Shown: positions 35,883 through 45,565 of the stretch, piece after piece
How positions within the stretch are numbered: the first letter of the stretch is position 1
Layout of the letters: the number at the start of each line of letters is the position of its first letter
Origin: Fibrobacteria bacterium
GTDB taxonomy: Bacteria > Fibrobacterota > Fibrobacteria > UBA11236
Direction of reading: 5' to 3'
NCBI GenBank assembly: GCA_041746255.1
Contig: JBGTHM010000034.1
Location: 1-64,000 of the forward strand
DNA length: 64,000 nucleotides
Translations under genes and position numbers: made by a program
The notes under the pieces: generated by a model
Told to the model about the DNA's origin: nothing
The model's input: the letters and a program-made list of their open reading frames with translations, nothing else
The model's database searches: none

Positions 35883-37130
35883 CTAGGTTCCTTTCCAAAG
35901 CGCTGAAATAGGCACGGCATAAAGGTCTTTGTCGAAGGGGACAACGGCGGCGCCATCATAAAGTAAAACCCCCCTTGCGAAGCCCTTACCTGCGGCCTTT
36001 TTAAAATCGCGGAAACCCCTAAAATCAGCGGCAGTCACGGTGGAAGCGGCCTTGATTTCTATGCCCGCAAGTTTACCCGCCGATTCCAATACCACGTCGA
36101 CCTCGTAGCCTTCTTTATCACGGTAATGGTGGAAGGAAACCGACTCTGCATGCCAACTTGCCAACCGCCGCAACTCTTGATACACGAAGGTTTCCAGCAG
36201 CTGGCCATAGACGGCACGGTCCTCCCATAAGCCTTTACCGTCGAGACCCAGTAAGGCGCAAGCCAGTCCGGTATCTCCCAAATGCAACTTGGGGGTTTTG
36301 ACAAGTCGGCTCAGTCGGTTGCTATGCCAGGGAGGCAACTCCTCGAGAAGAAACACCCTTGCCAGCAAGGTCATATAATCACGAATGGTGGGGCGACTCA
36401 AGTGAAAGGGGGCTGCGAGTTCGGTCACATTCAGCAGACGAGCGGATTGCCCGGCCGCGAGGGACAGGAGCCTGGGCATGGCATCCAGCACGTTGATGCG
36501 GGTTATGTCGCGTACGTCCCGTTGCACCAATGTTTCGGTATAGTCACGATACCAGATGGCGCGACGATGAGGGGTGGCGCGCACCAAGGCGGCCGGATAA
36601 CCGCCGGAAGCAATACGCTCCGCAAGCGACTGGCCCATCCGTTTTCCGGACACCCCGGCTGTGAATCCCTTGCCGAATAATGTGGTTAGAAAGCCGGACC
36701 GCGTCCCCGCCAGTTCGCATTGGGCAAGGGGATGTAAACGCAGGATTTCCATGCGACCGGCCAGCGAATCCGCTAATTTGGGCAGCAACAGCACGTTGGC
36801 CGAACCGGTGAGAATGAAGCGCCCCGGTCGGCGGTTACTGTCTACGTCCTTCTTCAAAGTAGTGAACAACGAGGGGACCCGTTGTACTTCATCCAAAACG
36901 ACTTTCTCGGGCAGGTCGGCCACAAAACTTATCGGGTCGGCTATTGCGGACGCTCGTTGCACATCGTCATCAAAGCTGAGATAAGCATACCCTCCCGCGT
37001 CGCCCACCTGCCGGGCGAGGGTGGTTTTTCCGCATTGGCGCGGGCCATGGATCAGCACTACCGGCGTGTCCGACAAGGCTTCTTCCAGCCGCGGAGTCAA
37101 AAATCGGGTATGTAAGGGGGTGCCAACCAT
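35883..37130 (-). CDS. AAA_14 ATPase + DUF4143 protein, copy 3, convergent on the tRNA 3' end
   Basis: GPRQCGKT, LDEVQ, DSLAGR, KTPKLH and EVDVVLE...IEIKAA. Start set at MVGTPL. Confidence 0.9.
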   Translation of the reverse strand: MVGTPLHTRFLTPRLEEALSDTPVVLIHGPRQCGKTTLARQVGDAGGYAYLSFDDDVQRASAIADPISFVADLPEKVVLDEVQRVPSLFTTLKKDVDSNRRPGRFILTGSANVLLLPKLADSLAGRMEILRLHPLAQCELAGTRSGFLTTLFGKGFTAGVSGKRMGQSLAERIASGGYPAALVRATPHRRAIWYRDYTETLVQRDVRDITRINVLDAMPRLLSLAAGQSARLLNVTELAAPFHLSRPTIRDYMTLLARVFLLEELPPWHSNRLSRLVKTPKLHLGDTGLACALLGLDGKGLWEDRAVYGQLLETFVYQELRRLASWHAESVSFHHYRDKEGYEVDVVLESAGKLAGIEIKAASTVTAADFRGFRDFKKAAGKGFARGVLLYDGAAVVPFDKDLYAVPISALWKGT

Positions 37131-37240
37131 CTGGCCAAGTGTAACTTTTTTCTTGGCCAATTGAAAGTTAATTTCTGGCCAATTGAAAGTTTTCCTCTGG
37201 CTGATTGAAAGTTTTTTCCCGTCCAATTGAAACCCAATGG
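37131..37240. repeat. Five tandem 22-bp direct repeats upstream of AAA copy 3
   Basis: ctggccaagtgtaacttttttc / ttggccaattgaaagttaattt / ctggccaattgaaagttttcct / ctggctgattgaaagttttttc / ccgtccaattgaaacccaatgg. Confidence 0.9.
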
Positions 37241-37284
37241 GGTGGCTACCCGAAAGGCTCCAAAAAGAAAACCGGGAAAATCAC

Positions 37285-38403
37285 TTAACGAACCGGAAAA
37301 TATTGCTCCCTAGGGTTCTTGGCCAGCACGATTTGCCAGAGCTGTACATTGCGTACCCGGAAGCTGGCCGCGCAGCCCAGTAAATAAAGCCTCCACATCC
37401 GGAAAAAAGTTTCGTCGTAGCGCGCCTTGAGTCGCGGCCAGTTGCGGAGGAAGTTCGCATGCCAGGCCATCAAGGTGCGGTCATAGTCGGACCCGAAGTT
37501 ATGCCAATCCTCCAGGATGAAAAGACCTTCCGAAGCTTCGGTCAGTTGCGCCGCCGAGGGGAGCACCGAATTGGGAAAGATGTATTTGTCCAGCCAGGGA
37601 TTGTTTTGATGCACGGAGCGATTGTTGCCGATGGTCTGCAATACGAAGAGACCCTCCTCTTCGAGGCAGCGATGGGCCATGCGCATGTATTCCCCGTAAT
37701 TCTTGTAACCCACATGTTCCAACATTCCCAGCGACACGACCCGATCGTAAATGCCGTATTCGTCGCGATAATCCTGGAGTTTGATTTTGACGGGAAGGCC
37801 CCGGCATTTTTCACGCGCCCATTCGGCTTGATTTTGTGACACCGTAAGGCCCACCACTTCCACGCCGTAATTTTCCGCGGCAAACCGGGCGAGGCCGCCC
37901 CATCCGCAGCCGATGTCCAATACCCGCATGCCGGGCTCCAGCTTCGCCTTGTCGCAGACGAGCTTGAGTTTGGCCTCCTGGGCCGAATCCAAATCCCAGG
38001 CGTCTTTCCAGTAAGCGCAGGTATAGATCATGTTTTTGCACAACATGGCTTTATATAAATCGTTGCCGGTTTCGTAATGGCGCGCGACGGCGCTGAAGGC
38101 ATCGGCTTTGGTTTGCTTGTTACGGATGCGCGCTTCGATGGAGGCGAGGGTCATGCTAACGCTGTTCAACGCCTTCCGGTGAAGCCGGGCGGTCATGATT
38201 TTCGCCATGCAAAGGTCGAGCTCCTCACAATCCCACCAGCCGGCCATATAGGCTTCGCCCATTCCCAGCGACCCCTGGGCCAGCACCTTGTCATAGAAGC
38301 GTTCGTCGTGGACTTGGATATCCCAAGGGTCGGTACCTCCGATTTCGACGCCGGCTTGCAGGAAAAGGGATTCAAGGGTATTGGCCGAACCGAGTTGTAG
38401 CAT
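37285..38403 (-). CDS. cfa: Cyclopropane-fatty-acyl-phospholipid synthase
   Basis: LGMGEAYMAGWW, YTCAYW, VLDIGCGWGG, GMLEHVG and WLDKYIFP. Confidence 0.95.
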   Translation of the reverse strand: MLQLGSANTLESLFLQAGVEIGGTDPWDIQVHDERFYDKVLAQGSLGMGEAYMAGWWDCEELDLCMAKIMTARLHRKALNSVSMTLASIEARIRNKQTKADAFSAVARHYETGNDLYKAMLCKNMIYTCAYWKDAWDLDSAQEAKLKLVCDKAKLEPGMRVLDIGCGWGGLARFAAENYGVEVVGLTVSQNQAEWAREKCRGLPVKIKLQDYRDEYGIYDRVVSLGMLEHVGYKNYGEYMRMAHRCLEEEGLFVLQTIGNNRSVHQNNPWLDKYIFPNSVLPSAAQLTEASEGLFILEDWHNFGSDYDRTLMAWHANFLRNWPRLKARYDETFFRMWRLYLLGCAASFRVRNVQLWQIVLAKNPREQYFPVR

Positions 38404-38532
38404 TGCGGGTTACCTCCTCGGCGGTAAAAATAAAATTTTGCAAAAAGGGAAGTAAAGCATTTCCGTGGGCGAATAGCGGCCTATTTAGAGGGTAGGGTAA
38501 ATGTTCCTTGCCGGATTTTCCATTTAGGAGTA

Positions 38533-38556
38533 AAATTTAACTATATGATTAAATTT
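38533..38556. promoter_or_regulatory. Putative TetR operator
   Basis: AAATTTAA-CTATATGA-TTAAATTT, 27 nt upstream of the TetR gene. Confidence 0.65.
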
Positions 38557-38582
38557 AAAGTTAAGCCAAATGAATAGGCATA

Positions 38583-39248
38583 ATGACTGATTTGGCTCCC
38601 GACACCCAATCCCGCATCCTCGCGGCAGCCCGGAGCGAATTCATCGCCAAAGGCCTGGCGGGAGCCCGTATGCAAACCATAGCCGCCATGGCGGGTGTCA
38701 ACCAGGCTTTGTTGCACTATTACTTTCGGACGAAGGAAAAGCTTTACGCCGAAGTCCTAGATAACCTGCTGCGTACGGTGTGGGGAAGGCTACGGGAGCG
38801 CTCCCTACCGATGGAAGCCAAGGCGACCTCCCGCGACTGGGTTCGTGCCCTCGTATCGACATACCTGCGTGTCCTGGCGGCTCATCCCGAATTCATCCGT
38901 TTCATGTTGCGCGAATTGGCCGATGGCGCCCCCCGAGTGCCCGATGCCCTGGAAAGGCTGATGGTCGATTTCGGCGACGTATTGCAGCGCATGCTGGCGG
39001 TTTTCCGGAAGGAAATCAAGGCGGGACGATTGCAGCCGATTGTGCCGACCCATTTTGTCCTGAATATGATGGGGATGACGGTGATGACCTTTTTGGGAAT
39101 GCCGCTTCTCAAGGCTGCCGGGAAACGCATGGGGTTCGAAATCGATTTGGACGACGCTTTTTTGGAGCAACGGGAAAAAAGCATAGTGGATACTTTGTTC
39201 AATGGCTTGGAGCCCTGCCTCCCGAAAAAAAAGGAGAAGCGCCGATAA
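38583..39248 (+). CDS. TetR/AcrR family regulator
   Basis: RILAAARSEFIAKG...IAAMAGVNQALLHYYFRTKEKL. Confidence 0.95.
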   Translation: MTDLAPDTQSRILAAARSEFIAKGLAGARMQTIAAMAGVNQALLHYYFRTKEKLYAEVLDNLLRTVWGRLRERSLPMEAKATSRDWVRALVSTYLRVLAAHPEFIRFMLRELADGAPRVPDALERLMVDFGDVLQRMLAVFRKEIKAGRLQPIVPTHFVLNMMGMTVMTFLGMPLLKAAGKRMGFEIDLDDAFLEQREKSIVDTLFNGLEPCLPKKKEKRR

Positions 39249-40573
39249 TGCGGACATCATGGCTTGGAATCCTCCTGTTCAGCGTACTGCATTCCGGTAT
39301 GCTCTGGATAAATGCAGACGAGGAAAAAAGGGCATGGGTCGACCTTACTTTACCGGAAGCCCAAACAATGTTGCGGCAAAACAACCCGGACCTTCAAGCC
39401 GCCATCGCGCAGGTGCGGGCTTCGCATGCGGCCGTCGCGGAAGCGCGCGCTGCCTGGCTTCCTTCCCTGGATGCGGTGGGAAGCTATCACTATGCCACCG
39501 AAGTCGGCCAAATAGAATTTCCCCTCCCGAATCCTCCCGGAGGAACCCTCAGCCGGGAATTGGGCGATAGGGATCGCGCGGAAGCGGGCATCGAAGTGGG
39601 ATATCTGGTTTTCGCAGGCGGGGCCCGGCGGCATGAGGGGCGAGCACGTCGTGAGGAAAGCGCTGCGGCGGAGGCCCGGGTGCGCGCCTTGACAAACCGG
39701 CTGGTCCTGCAATTGGGAATGCAATACCTGGCTTGGGAATTGGCTTGCCATCAATCCGAACTTTCCCTCCGGTTACTGGCATTACGGGAGGCGCAGGTTA
39801 AACGCACGGAGGCCATGCGGATCCAGGGAATGGCCACTTCGGCTGCGCTGGCGGGCGCCCTCGCAGCCGAAGCCACGGCCTTGGCCGAAAGGGCCGAGAC
39901 GGAAGGACGGCGCGATTCCTTGGCGGCGGAACTATCCTATTTGATAGGCGTGGAGGTGGAGAATTACCGACCCGTAGCATATGAGATACCCAACGAATGG
40001 CCTGCGCCGGAACCTACGGAAACGGAAAGCGCCGAGGCGCGGGCGATGCGCCATGGACTGGAGAGCCTGCGCGCCGGTCGTGAAGCGGTTTCGGCGCAAC
40101 GGTGGCCGCGGCTGGGCGCCACCGTCGGATGGAAATACGCCAACCCCGGACTGAATATCGGTTCCGATGAATTCATGGATTATGGACACGCCGGTTTTAG
40201 TTTGCGCTGGAATTTATTCGACGGTATGCGCCGGCGCGCTCAAGTGCGACAATTGGATGCGCGAAGCGAAGCCATGCGGCATGAATTAAGCCGAGTAGAA
40301 GCCGGATTTTCCAAAGCGCGTAAGCTGGCGAAAATCCAGGTTAACCGGTGGAAGACCGCCGAGCGGGCAGCCGCGGCCTCGGTGGCAGCGGCCGTTGCGT
40401 ATGCCGAAAATGTCCGTGAGTTGGCGGCGGGAAAGATGATTTCCGATGTGGAAGTCACCGAAGCGGATACCCGGGTATTGCAAGCCCAGCAGGCCGAAGC
40501 TGCGGCGCGCATGCGTGTGAGGGCCGCCCGGCTACAATGGCAATACGCGGCGGGAATGGAACTAAAGTTTTGA
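39248..40573 (+). CDS. TolC family outer-membrane efflux protein
   Basis: Start MRTSWLG (TAATG overlap); NNPDL, AWLPSL and WNLFDG repeats. Confidence 0.88.
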   Translation: MRTSWLGILLFSVLHSGMLWINADEEKRAWVDLTLPEAQTMLRQNNPDLQAAIAQVRASHAAVAEARAAWLPSLDAVGSYHYATEVGQIEFPLPNPPGGTLSRELGDRDRAEAGIEVGYLVFAGGARRHEGRARREESAAAEARVRALTNRLVLQLGMQYLAWELACHQSELSLRLLALREAQVKRTEAMRIQGMATSAALAGALAAEATALAERAETEGRRDSLAAELSYLIGVEVENYRPVAYEIPNEWPAPEPTETESAEARAMRHGLESLRAGREAVSAQRWPRLGATVGWKYANPGLNIGSDEFMDYGHAGFSLRWNLFDGMRRRAQVRQLDARSEAMRHELSRVEAGFSKARKLAKIQVNRWKTAERAAAASVAAAVAYAENVRELAAGKMISDVEVTEADTRVLQAQQAEAAARMRVRAARLQWQYAAGMELKF

Positions 40574-40592
40574 CCGGCGAAGGCAAGGGAGG

Positions 40593-41540
40593 TTGCAGGT
40601 GAGACGAAAATTGATAACGAGTCGGTCGGGTATGGTTCTGCTGGCGGCGGGCTTGTTCGTGATCGGATGTATGCAGGATGTCCCCGATGGATTTTTGGGA
40701 TCGGGTCTGGTCGAGGCGCGCTCCTATCAAATCGCCGCGGCTTCTTCCGGTCGATTGGTATGGCTGGCCGCGCGTGAAGGCGATTCGGTGAGAGCGGGGC
40801 AATTGATCGCCGTGGTGGATACCACGCATTTGGCGTTGCGGCTGAAGGAGACCGAAGCCTTGAGTCGGGAATTGGGAGCGGGCCGCTCCGGGCAGAAGAG
40901 CCAGACGCGGGCCATGGAAGAAGAAATTGTCGGACTGGAACGGGAATTGCAACGCATCGCTCCCTTGACCGAATCGGGCGCGCTGCCGGCTCAACAAAAG
41001 GACCAATTGCAAACCCAGTTGCAAAGCGCCCGCAGCCGACTGCAATCGGCGCGGCAAAACCAGTCGGGTACCGACGCCAAGGTGGAAGCCTTCGAAGCGC
41101 GTATCGAACAGATTCTTGCGCAGGTTAAGGAAAATTATATTGTCGCTCCGCGAGGAGGTCGCCTGCTGACCCAATTTAAAAGTCTGGGCGAGATGGTAAT
41201 GCCCGGTCAACCGATTTTCGAACTTGCCCGCGAAGATACCCTGCAGGTGGATTTCTTCGTTCCCCAATACCTGTTAGGAAGCCTGCGATACGGCCAGGAG
41301 GTTCGCTTGCGGGTGGACATGGGGAAAGCGGAGGACGAAGCGGTCTTGCTTCCCGCGGTGATTTCCTGGACCAGCAACGAAGCGGAGTTCTCTCCCAAGA
41401 ATATTCAAACCCGGCAGAGTCGCCAGGAGCTGGTCTTCCGCGTACGCGCATTGGCAGGCAACGAGCGGGGACTTCTCAAGCGGGGATTGCCGGTGGAAGT
41501 CTGGGTCGCCGCCGAATCGGAAAAAGGGCCGTCTCCATGA
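40593..41540 (+). CDS. HlyD family periplasmic adaptor (YbhG-like)
   Basis: GRLVWLAAREGDSV, coiled coil, AEFSPKNIQT. Confidence 0.9.
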   Translation: MQVRRKLITSRSGMVLLAAGLFVIGCMQDVPDGFLGSGLVEARSYQIAAASSGRLVWLAAREGDSVRAGQLIAVVDTTHLALRLKETEALSRELGAGRSGQKSQTRAMEEEIVGLERELQRIAPLTESGALPAQQKDQLQTQLQSARSRLQSARQNQSGTDAKVEAFEARIEQILAQVKENYIVAPRGGRLLTQFKSLGEMVMPGQPIFELAREDTLQVDFFVPQYLLGSLRYGQEVRLRVDMGKAEDEAVLLPAVISWTSNEAEFSPKNIQTRQSRQELVFRVRALAGNERGLLKRGLPVEVWVAAESEKGPSP

Positions 41541-42484
41541 GGGAAGCGAATAACGCAGTAGCCGTATCGGTGGACAATCTTTGCAAGGATTACGCGGGAG
41601 AAAAGGCCTTGCGTAACCTGTCGCTTACCGTGCCGGCCGGTAGCCTATTCGGACTTATCGGGGCGGACGGGGCGGGCAAGTCCACATTGCTGCGCATTCT
41701 CGCCACCCTGGAGAATTCCGATTCCGGGAGCGCGCGGGTCCTAGGCTCGGACGTACATAAGGATTATCGAGTCTTACGAGCGGCCTTGGGCTATATGCCT
41801 CAGCGTTTCTCCCTGTATTCGGATCTTTCCGTAGGGGAAAACCTGGATTTTTTCGCGGATGTTTTCGGGATAACGGGGGCGCAACGTCGGGAGCGCATGG
41901 AAAAACTACTCGACTTCTCCGGTCTCGGCCCTTTTCACAAACGGCGCGCGGGGCAACTCAGCGGCGGCATGAAACAGAAGCTGGCATTATGCTGCACTCT
42001 ACTCCATTCGCCGCGATTGCTCCTTTTGGACGAGCCGACCATCGGAGTGGATCCTGTTTCGCGGGGCGAATTCTGGGATATGCTGTTCGCATTACGTAAC
42101 CAAGGAGTTACCCTGGTGGTGGCTACTCCCTATATGGACGAAGCGGAAAAATGCGATTCGCTTTTACTGTTGCATCAGGGCGAGATTCTGGAGGAGGGGA
42201 CCCCGGATGAATTGCGGCGAAGGTATCCCTATGCTCTTTATCGCGTCGAAGGCAGGGGAACCTTGCATTTTCCCGTCGGAAAGCCGCCGCAGGGGTTGGC
42301 TATGCTCTATCCCCTGGGCGGGGTGTTGCATGCGGCCGTCGACAAGTTCTCCGGAAAAGCCGATGAGACCGTCTTTTGGCGGGATATTCAAGCCGCAGTT
42401 CCGGAAGCGGTGAGTATGTCTCCCGCGCAGCCGGGCGTCGAAGACGTTTTTATGCGCCTGCTATCCGAACGACCGGAAACCTGA
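41537..42484 (+). CDS. ABC transporter ATP-binding protein (YbhF N-half-like)
   Basis: GADGAGKST, YMPQRFSLY, LSGGMKQ and LLDEPT. Confidence 0.93.
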   Translation: MREANNAVAVSVDNLCKDYAGEKALRNLSLTVPAGSLFGLIGADGAGKSTLLRILATLENSDSGSARVLGSDVHKDYRVLRAALGYMPQRFSLYSDLSVGENLDFFADVFGITGAQRRERMEKLLDFSGLGPFHKRRAGQLSGGMKQKLALCCTLLHSPRLLLLDEPTIGVDPVSRGEFWDMLFALRNQGVTLVVATPYMDEAEKCDSLLLLHQGEILEEGTPDELRRRYPYALYRVEGRGTLHFPVGKPPQGLAMLYPLGGVLHAAVDKFSGKADETVFWRDIQAAVPEAVSMSPAQPGVEDVFMRLLSERPET

Positions 42485-42491
42485 GAAAACC

Positions 42492-43259
42492 ATGAACGGC
42501 GCGGCCAGCATCGAAACGCGGGGATTGACCAAAACCTTCGGAACCTTCACCGCGGTGGACGCCATTGATGTGTCGGTTAAGCGGGGGGAGATATTCGGTT
42601 TTCTGGGCGCCAACGGAGCCGGAAAAACCACCGCCATCCGCATGCTTTGCGGCCTTCTCACGCCCTCATCCGGTGCGGGCAAGGTGGCGGGATTCGACAT
42701 TATGCGCCAAGGCGCGGACATTCGCACCCGCATAGGGTATATGGCGCAAAAGTTCTCCCTGTACCCCGACCTCACCTTGGAACAGAACATGCGTCTGTAC
42801 GGTTCCCTCTACGGCCTTCCGCGACGGGAATTACGCGACCGCATCGACAAGATGGCAGAGCAGGTCGGCTTGAGCGATAAGCTTTCCCGCAAAACCCAGG
42901 AGCTTCCGCTGGGATGGCAGCAGCGCCTAAGCTTGGCATGCGCCAATCTACATCGCCCCGAAATCCTGTTTCTGGACGAGCCTACGGGTTCGGTCGATCC
43001 TCTCAGCCGCCGCCGTTTCTGGGACATGCTGCACTCCCTTTCGCAAGCGGGAACCACTATTTTCGTCACCACTCATTACATGGACGAAGCGGAATATTGC
43101 CATCGCATTTCCTTGATGGCTTCTGGTCGTATCGCGGCGGAGGGGAGTCCCGCGGAACTCAAATCCCGCTTGGATTGCGCGAGCCTGCAGGACGTTTTTC
43201 TAAAAGTCATGCAAAAGGAAGCGCGGCTGGGTAATGGGCAAGCGGGAGAACGGAAATGA
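42492..43259 (+). CDS. ABC transporter ATP-binding protein (YbhF C-half-like)
   Basis: GANGAGKTT, degenerate signature LPLGWQQ, FLDEPT and TTHYMDEAE. Confidence 0.93.
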   Translation: MNGAASIETRGLTKTFGTFTAVDAIDVSVKRGEIFGFLGANGAGKTTAIRMLCGLLTPSSGAGKVAGFDIMRQGADIRTRIGYMAQKFSLYPDLTLEQNMRLYGSLYGLPRRELRDRIDKMAEQVGLSDKLSRKTQELPLGWQQRLSLACANLHRPEILFLDEPTGSVDPLSRRRFWDMLHSLSQAGTTIFVTTHYMDEAEYCHRISLMASGRIAAEGSPAELKSRLDCASLQDVFLKVMQKEARLGNGQAGERK

Positions 43260-44374
43260 AAAGTTTTTCTCCGCGCCGGGTGGTAGCCATGGCGCGCAAG
43301 GAATTCCGTCACATTCTCCGCGACGGCCAGACTCTGGCTATTATCCTCGTCTTGCCGGTATTCATGATGTTTCTTTACGGCTATGCCTTGAATCTCGATC
43401 CCAGCGAAATAGCCGTGATAGTGGAAGACGCCGAAGGCAGCCGGGAATCCCGTTTCGTTATTTCCGCCATCGACGCGTCCGATATGTTCGCAGTGGTAGG
43501 TACTCGTAACGCCGCTGCGCATCCCGAGGCCCTGTTCCGGGGCCAGGATGTACGTGCCGTGTTCCGCATTCCCGCGGGATTCACCCATTCCTTGCGGAGC
43601 GCGGGTAGCCCCGCCCGTGTGCAAGTACTCATCGACGGAGCCGATCCCAATTTGGCGACCCTGATCCGTAACGCCGCCGCGCCCTTGGTCCGAGGCGCAT
43701 CGCTGGAAATTCTGGGGATAAGTCCTCCCAGTCTAATCGCTCCACTCAGCGTGATACTCTACAATCCGGAGCAGAAAAGCTCGTTGTATTTTGTACCGGG
43801 GCTCATGGCCGTCATCTTGCTGCTCATTTCCGCCCTTTTGACTTCGGTGACCTTGGTGCGTGAAAAGGAAAGCGGAACCCTGGAGCAGCTTTTCATCACT
43901 CCTTTGCATCCCTTCGAAATTCTGACTGGGAAGATGCTTCCCTATATCCTTTTGGCCGCAGTGGACGGAGTATTGGTAATGGCAGTGGGTTACGCCGCTT
44001 TCGATTTGCGGGTGAAAGGAAGCCTTCTGTTCCTCTCCTTCGCCAGTCTCATTTACATCTTCGCGGGACTTTCTTTGGGCCTACTCATCAGCACTGTCGC
44101 CAAACGGCAGCAGCATGCAATGATGTTGGCCTTGGGAGCGACCCTGATGCCCAGCGTCATCCTCTCCGGTTTCATCTTCCCCATCGCGGGCATGCCCGCT
44201 TTTCTACAAGCGCTCTCGCATATCATTCCCGCGACCTGGTTCCTCGAAATCGTGCGGGGAGTGGTGCTAAAAGGGACGGGTCTGGCTGAGTTGGGTCTGC
44301 AGGTCTTGGCGCTGTCGGTGGAGGGTTTCCTTTTACTGGGTCTGGCGCTCTTGAAATTCCGGAGCAAACTGTGA
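43256..44374 (+). CDS. ABC-2 type permease (YbhS-like)
   Basis: KEFRHILRD, FVPGL, REKESGTLE and LSGFIFP. Confidence 0.92.
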   Translation: MKSFSPRRVVAMARKEFRHILRDGQTLAIILVLPVFMMFLYGYALNLDPSEIAVIVEDAEGSRESRFVISAIDASDMFAVVGTRNAAAHPEALFRGQDVRAVFRIPAGFTHSLRSAGSPARVQVLIDGADPNLATLIRNAAAPLVRGASLEILGISPPSLIAPLSVILYNPEQKSSLYFVPGLMAVILLLISALLTSVTLVREKESGTLEQLFITPLHPFEILTGKMLPYILLAAVDGVLVMAVGYAAFDLRVKGSLLFLSFASLIYIFAGLSLGLLISTVAKRQQHAMMLALGATLMPSVILSGFIFPIAGMPAFLQALSHIIPATWFLEIVRGVVLKGTGLAELGLQVLALSVEGFLLLGLALLKFRSKL

Positions 44375-45534
44375 AGGGATTGCTGGTGGTGGTGTGGAAG
44401 GAAATGCTGCATTTGCGGGGCGACAAAACGGGCCTCCGTCTCATGTTCCTGGTGCCGGTGGTGCAATTGTTCGTGCTGGGATACGCGCTGACCACCGAAG
44501 TAAAGAACACACCCGTAGCCGTGGTGGATTATTGCGCATGTGAACAAAGCCGATCCCTGGCGCATACCGTGCTTTCCCACCCGCTGTTTCGCTCCCAGGG
44601 TTTTGTGGAGTCCGAAAAGCAAATGCGGCGTCTCATGGATAGGGGCGAAGTGCGCGTGGGCCTTGTCATCCCTCCCGACTTTTCCATGCGCCTGGAAGCT
44701 TCGTGGCGAGCGATTAATTCGGGAAAATCGAGGCCTGATAGGGGTGCTCCCGTGCGGGTGATTATCGACGGGCAGGACGGAAATTCCTCGCAAGTGGCGG
44801 GAGGCTATTTGCAGGCCATACTCAGGCAATGGTCCGGACAGCGATTGGAGGAGCAAATTGCGGGAACGGGACGCAATGTTCGGCAAATGGTTCCGGTGGA
44901 GGTGGATGAAGCTTTTCTGTTCAATCCGCTGCTCAAATCCTCCTGGTACATGGTTCCCGGAATCGCAGTATTGTTGGTGACCATGGTCACCGCGCTGTTG
45001 ACCGGACTGTCCATCGTTCGGGAAAAAGAAGCCGGCACTTTGGAGCAGTTGATGGTCACGCCTATCCGTCCCTGGCAGGTAGTATTGGGAAAAACCGGCC
45101 CCTATATGCTTATCGGTTTTTTCGAACTTTCGGCGATTCTCCTTCTGGCGGGGCTTTGGTTCGGAATTCCCATGCGCGGGAGCGTGTTCTTGCTTTTTTT
45201 CTTCGCCTTCATCTACATGTTCTCGTCTCTCGGCATCGGCATACTCGTCTCCACCCTGGCGCGGACCCAGGTACAAGCCCTGTTCATGATCTGGTTTTTT
45301 CTGCTCTTCTTCATTCTGTTAAGCGGATTTTTCGTCCCCATTCAAAACCTCCCCGGATGGGTCCAGAACCTCACTTTGGTCAACCCGGTTCGCTATTTCA
45401 TGGCGGCCTTGCGCGACATTCTGCTCAAGGGGTCGGATTTTTCGAGCCTCTATGGTCATGCAACATCCATGTTGCTGCTCGGAGCGGGTTTGTTCGGAGC
45501 GGCGTTTTTAACTTTCAAACGTAAAGTGGAATAG
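44371..45534 (+). CDS. ABC-2 type permease (YbhR-like)
   Basis: KEMLHLRGD, MVPGI, REKEAGTLEQL and LSGFFVP. Confidence 0.92.
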   Translation: MKGLLVVVWKEMLHLRGDKTGLRLMFLVPVVQLFVLGYALTTEVKNTPVAVVDYCACEQSRSLAHTVLSHPLFRSQGFVESEKQMRRLMDRGEVRVGLVIPPDFSMRLEASWRAINSGKSRPDRGAPVRVIIDGQDGNSSQVAGGYLQAILRQWSGQRLEEQIAGTGRNVRQMVPVEVDEAFLFNPLLKSSWYMVPGIAVLLVTMVTALLTGLSIVREKEAGTLEQLMVTPIRPWQVVLGKTGPYMLIGFFELSAILLLAGLWFGIPMRGSVFLLFFFAFIYMFSSLGIGILVSTLARTQVQALFMIWFFLLFFILLSGFFVPIQNLPGWVQNLTLVNPVRYFMAALRDILLKGSDFSSLYGHATSMLLLGAGLFGAAFLTFKRKVE

Positions 45535-45565
45535 TAAAATGGTGAGGGAAAAGGCCGAGTGTGCT

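Noticed and set aside
35697..35906. 69-aa ORF
   Set aside because: It is a translation of the tRNA gene and its promoter.
37131..37240. CRISPR array (ATTGAAAG/C resembles CRISPR repeat ends)
   Set aside because: The period is only 22 bp with about 6-nt variable parts, so there are no spacer-length sequences, and no cas genes are present.
35736..37240. Prophage or integrative element at tRNA-Leu
   Set aside because: No integrase and no duplicated tRNA 3' end found by eye.
38780..39247. N-terminal extension of TolC (597-aa ORF)
   Set aside because: It overlaps the TetR gene in another frame; the signal peptide and TAATG coupling place the start at 39248. Similar over-extensions were trimmed for the MgtC, csrA, DUF3570, TlpA, AAA and msrB genes.
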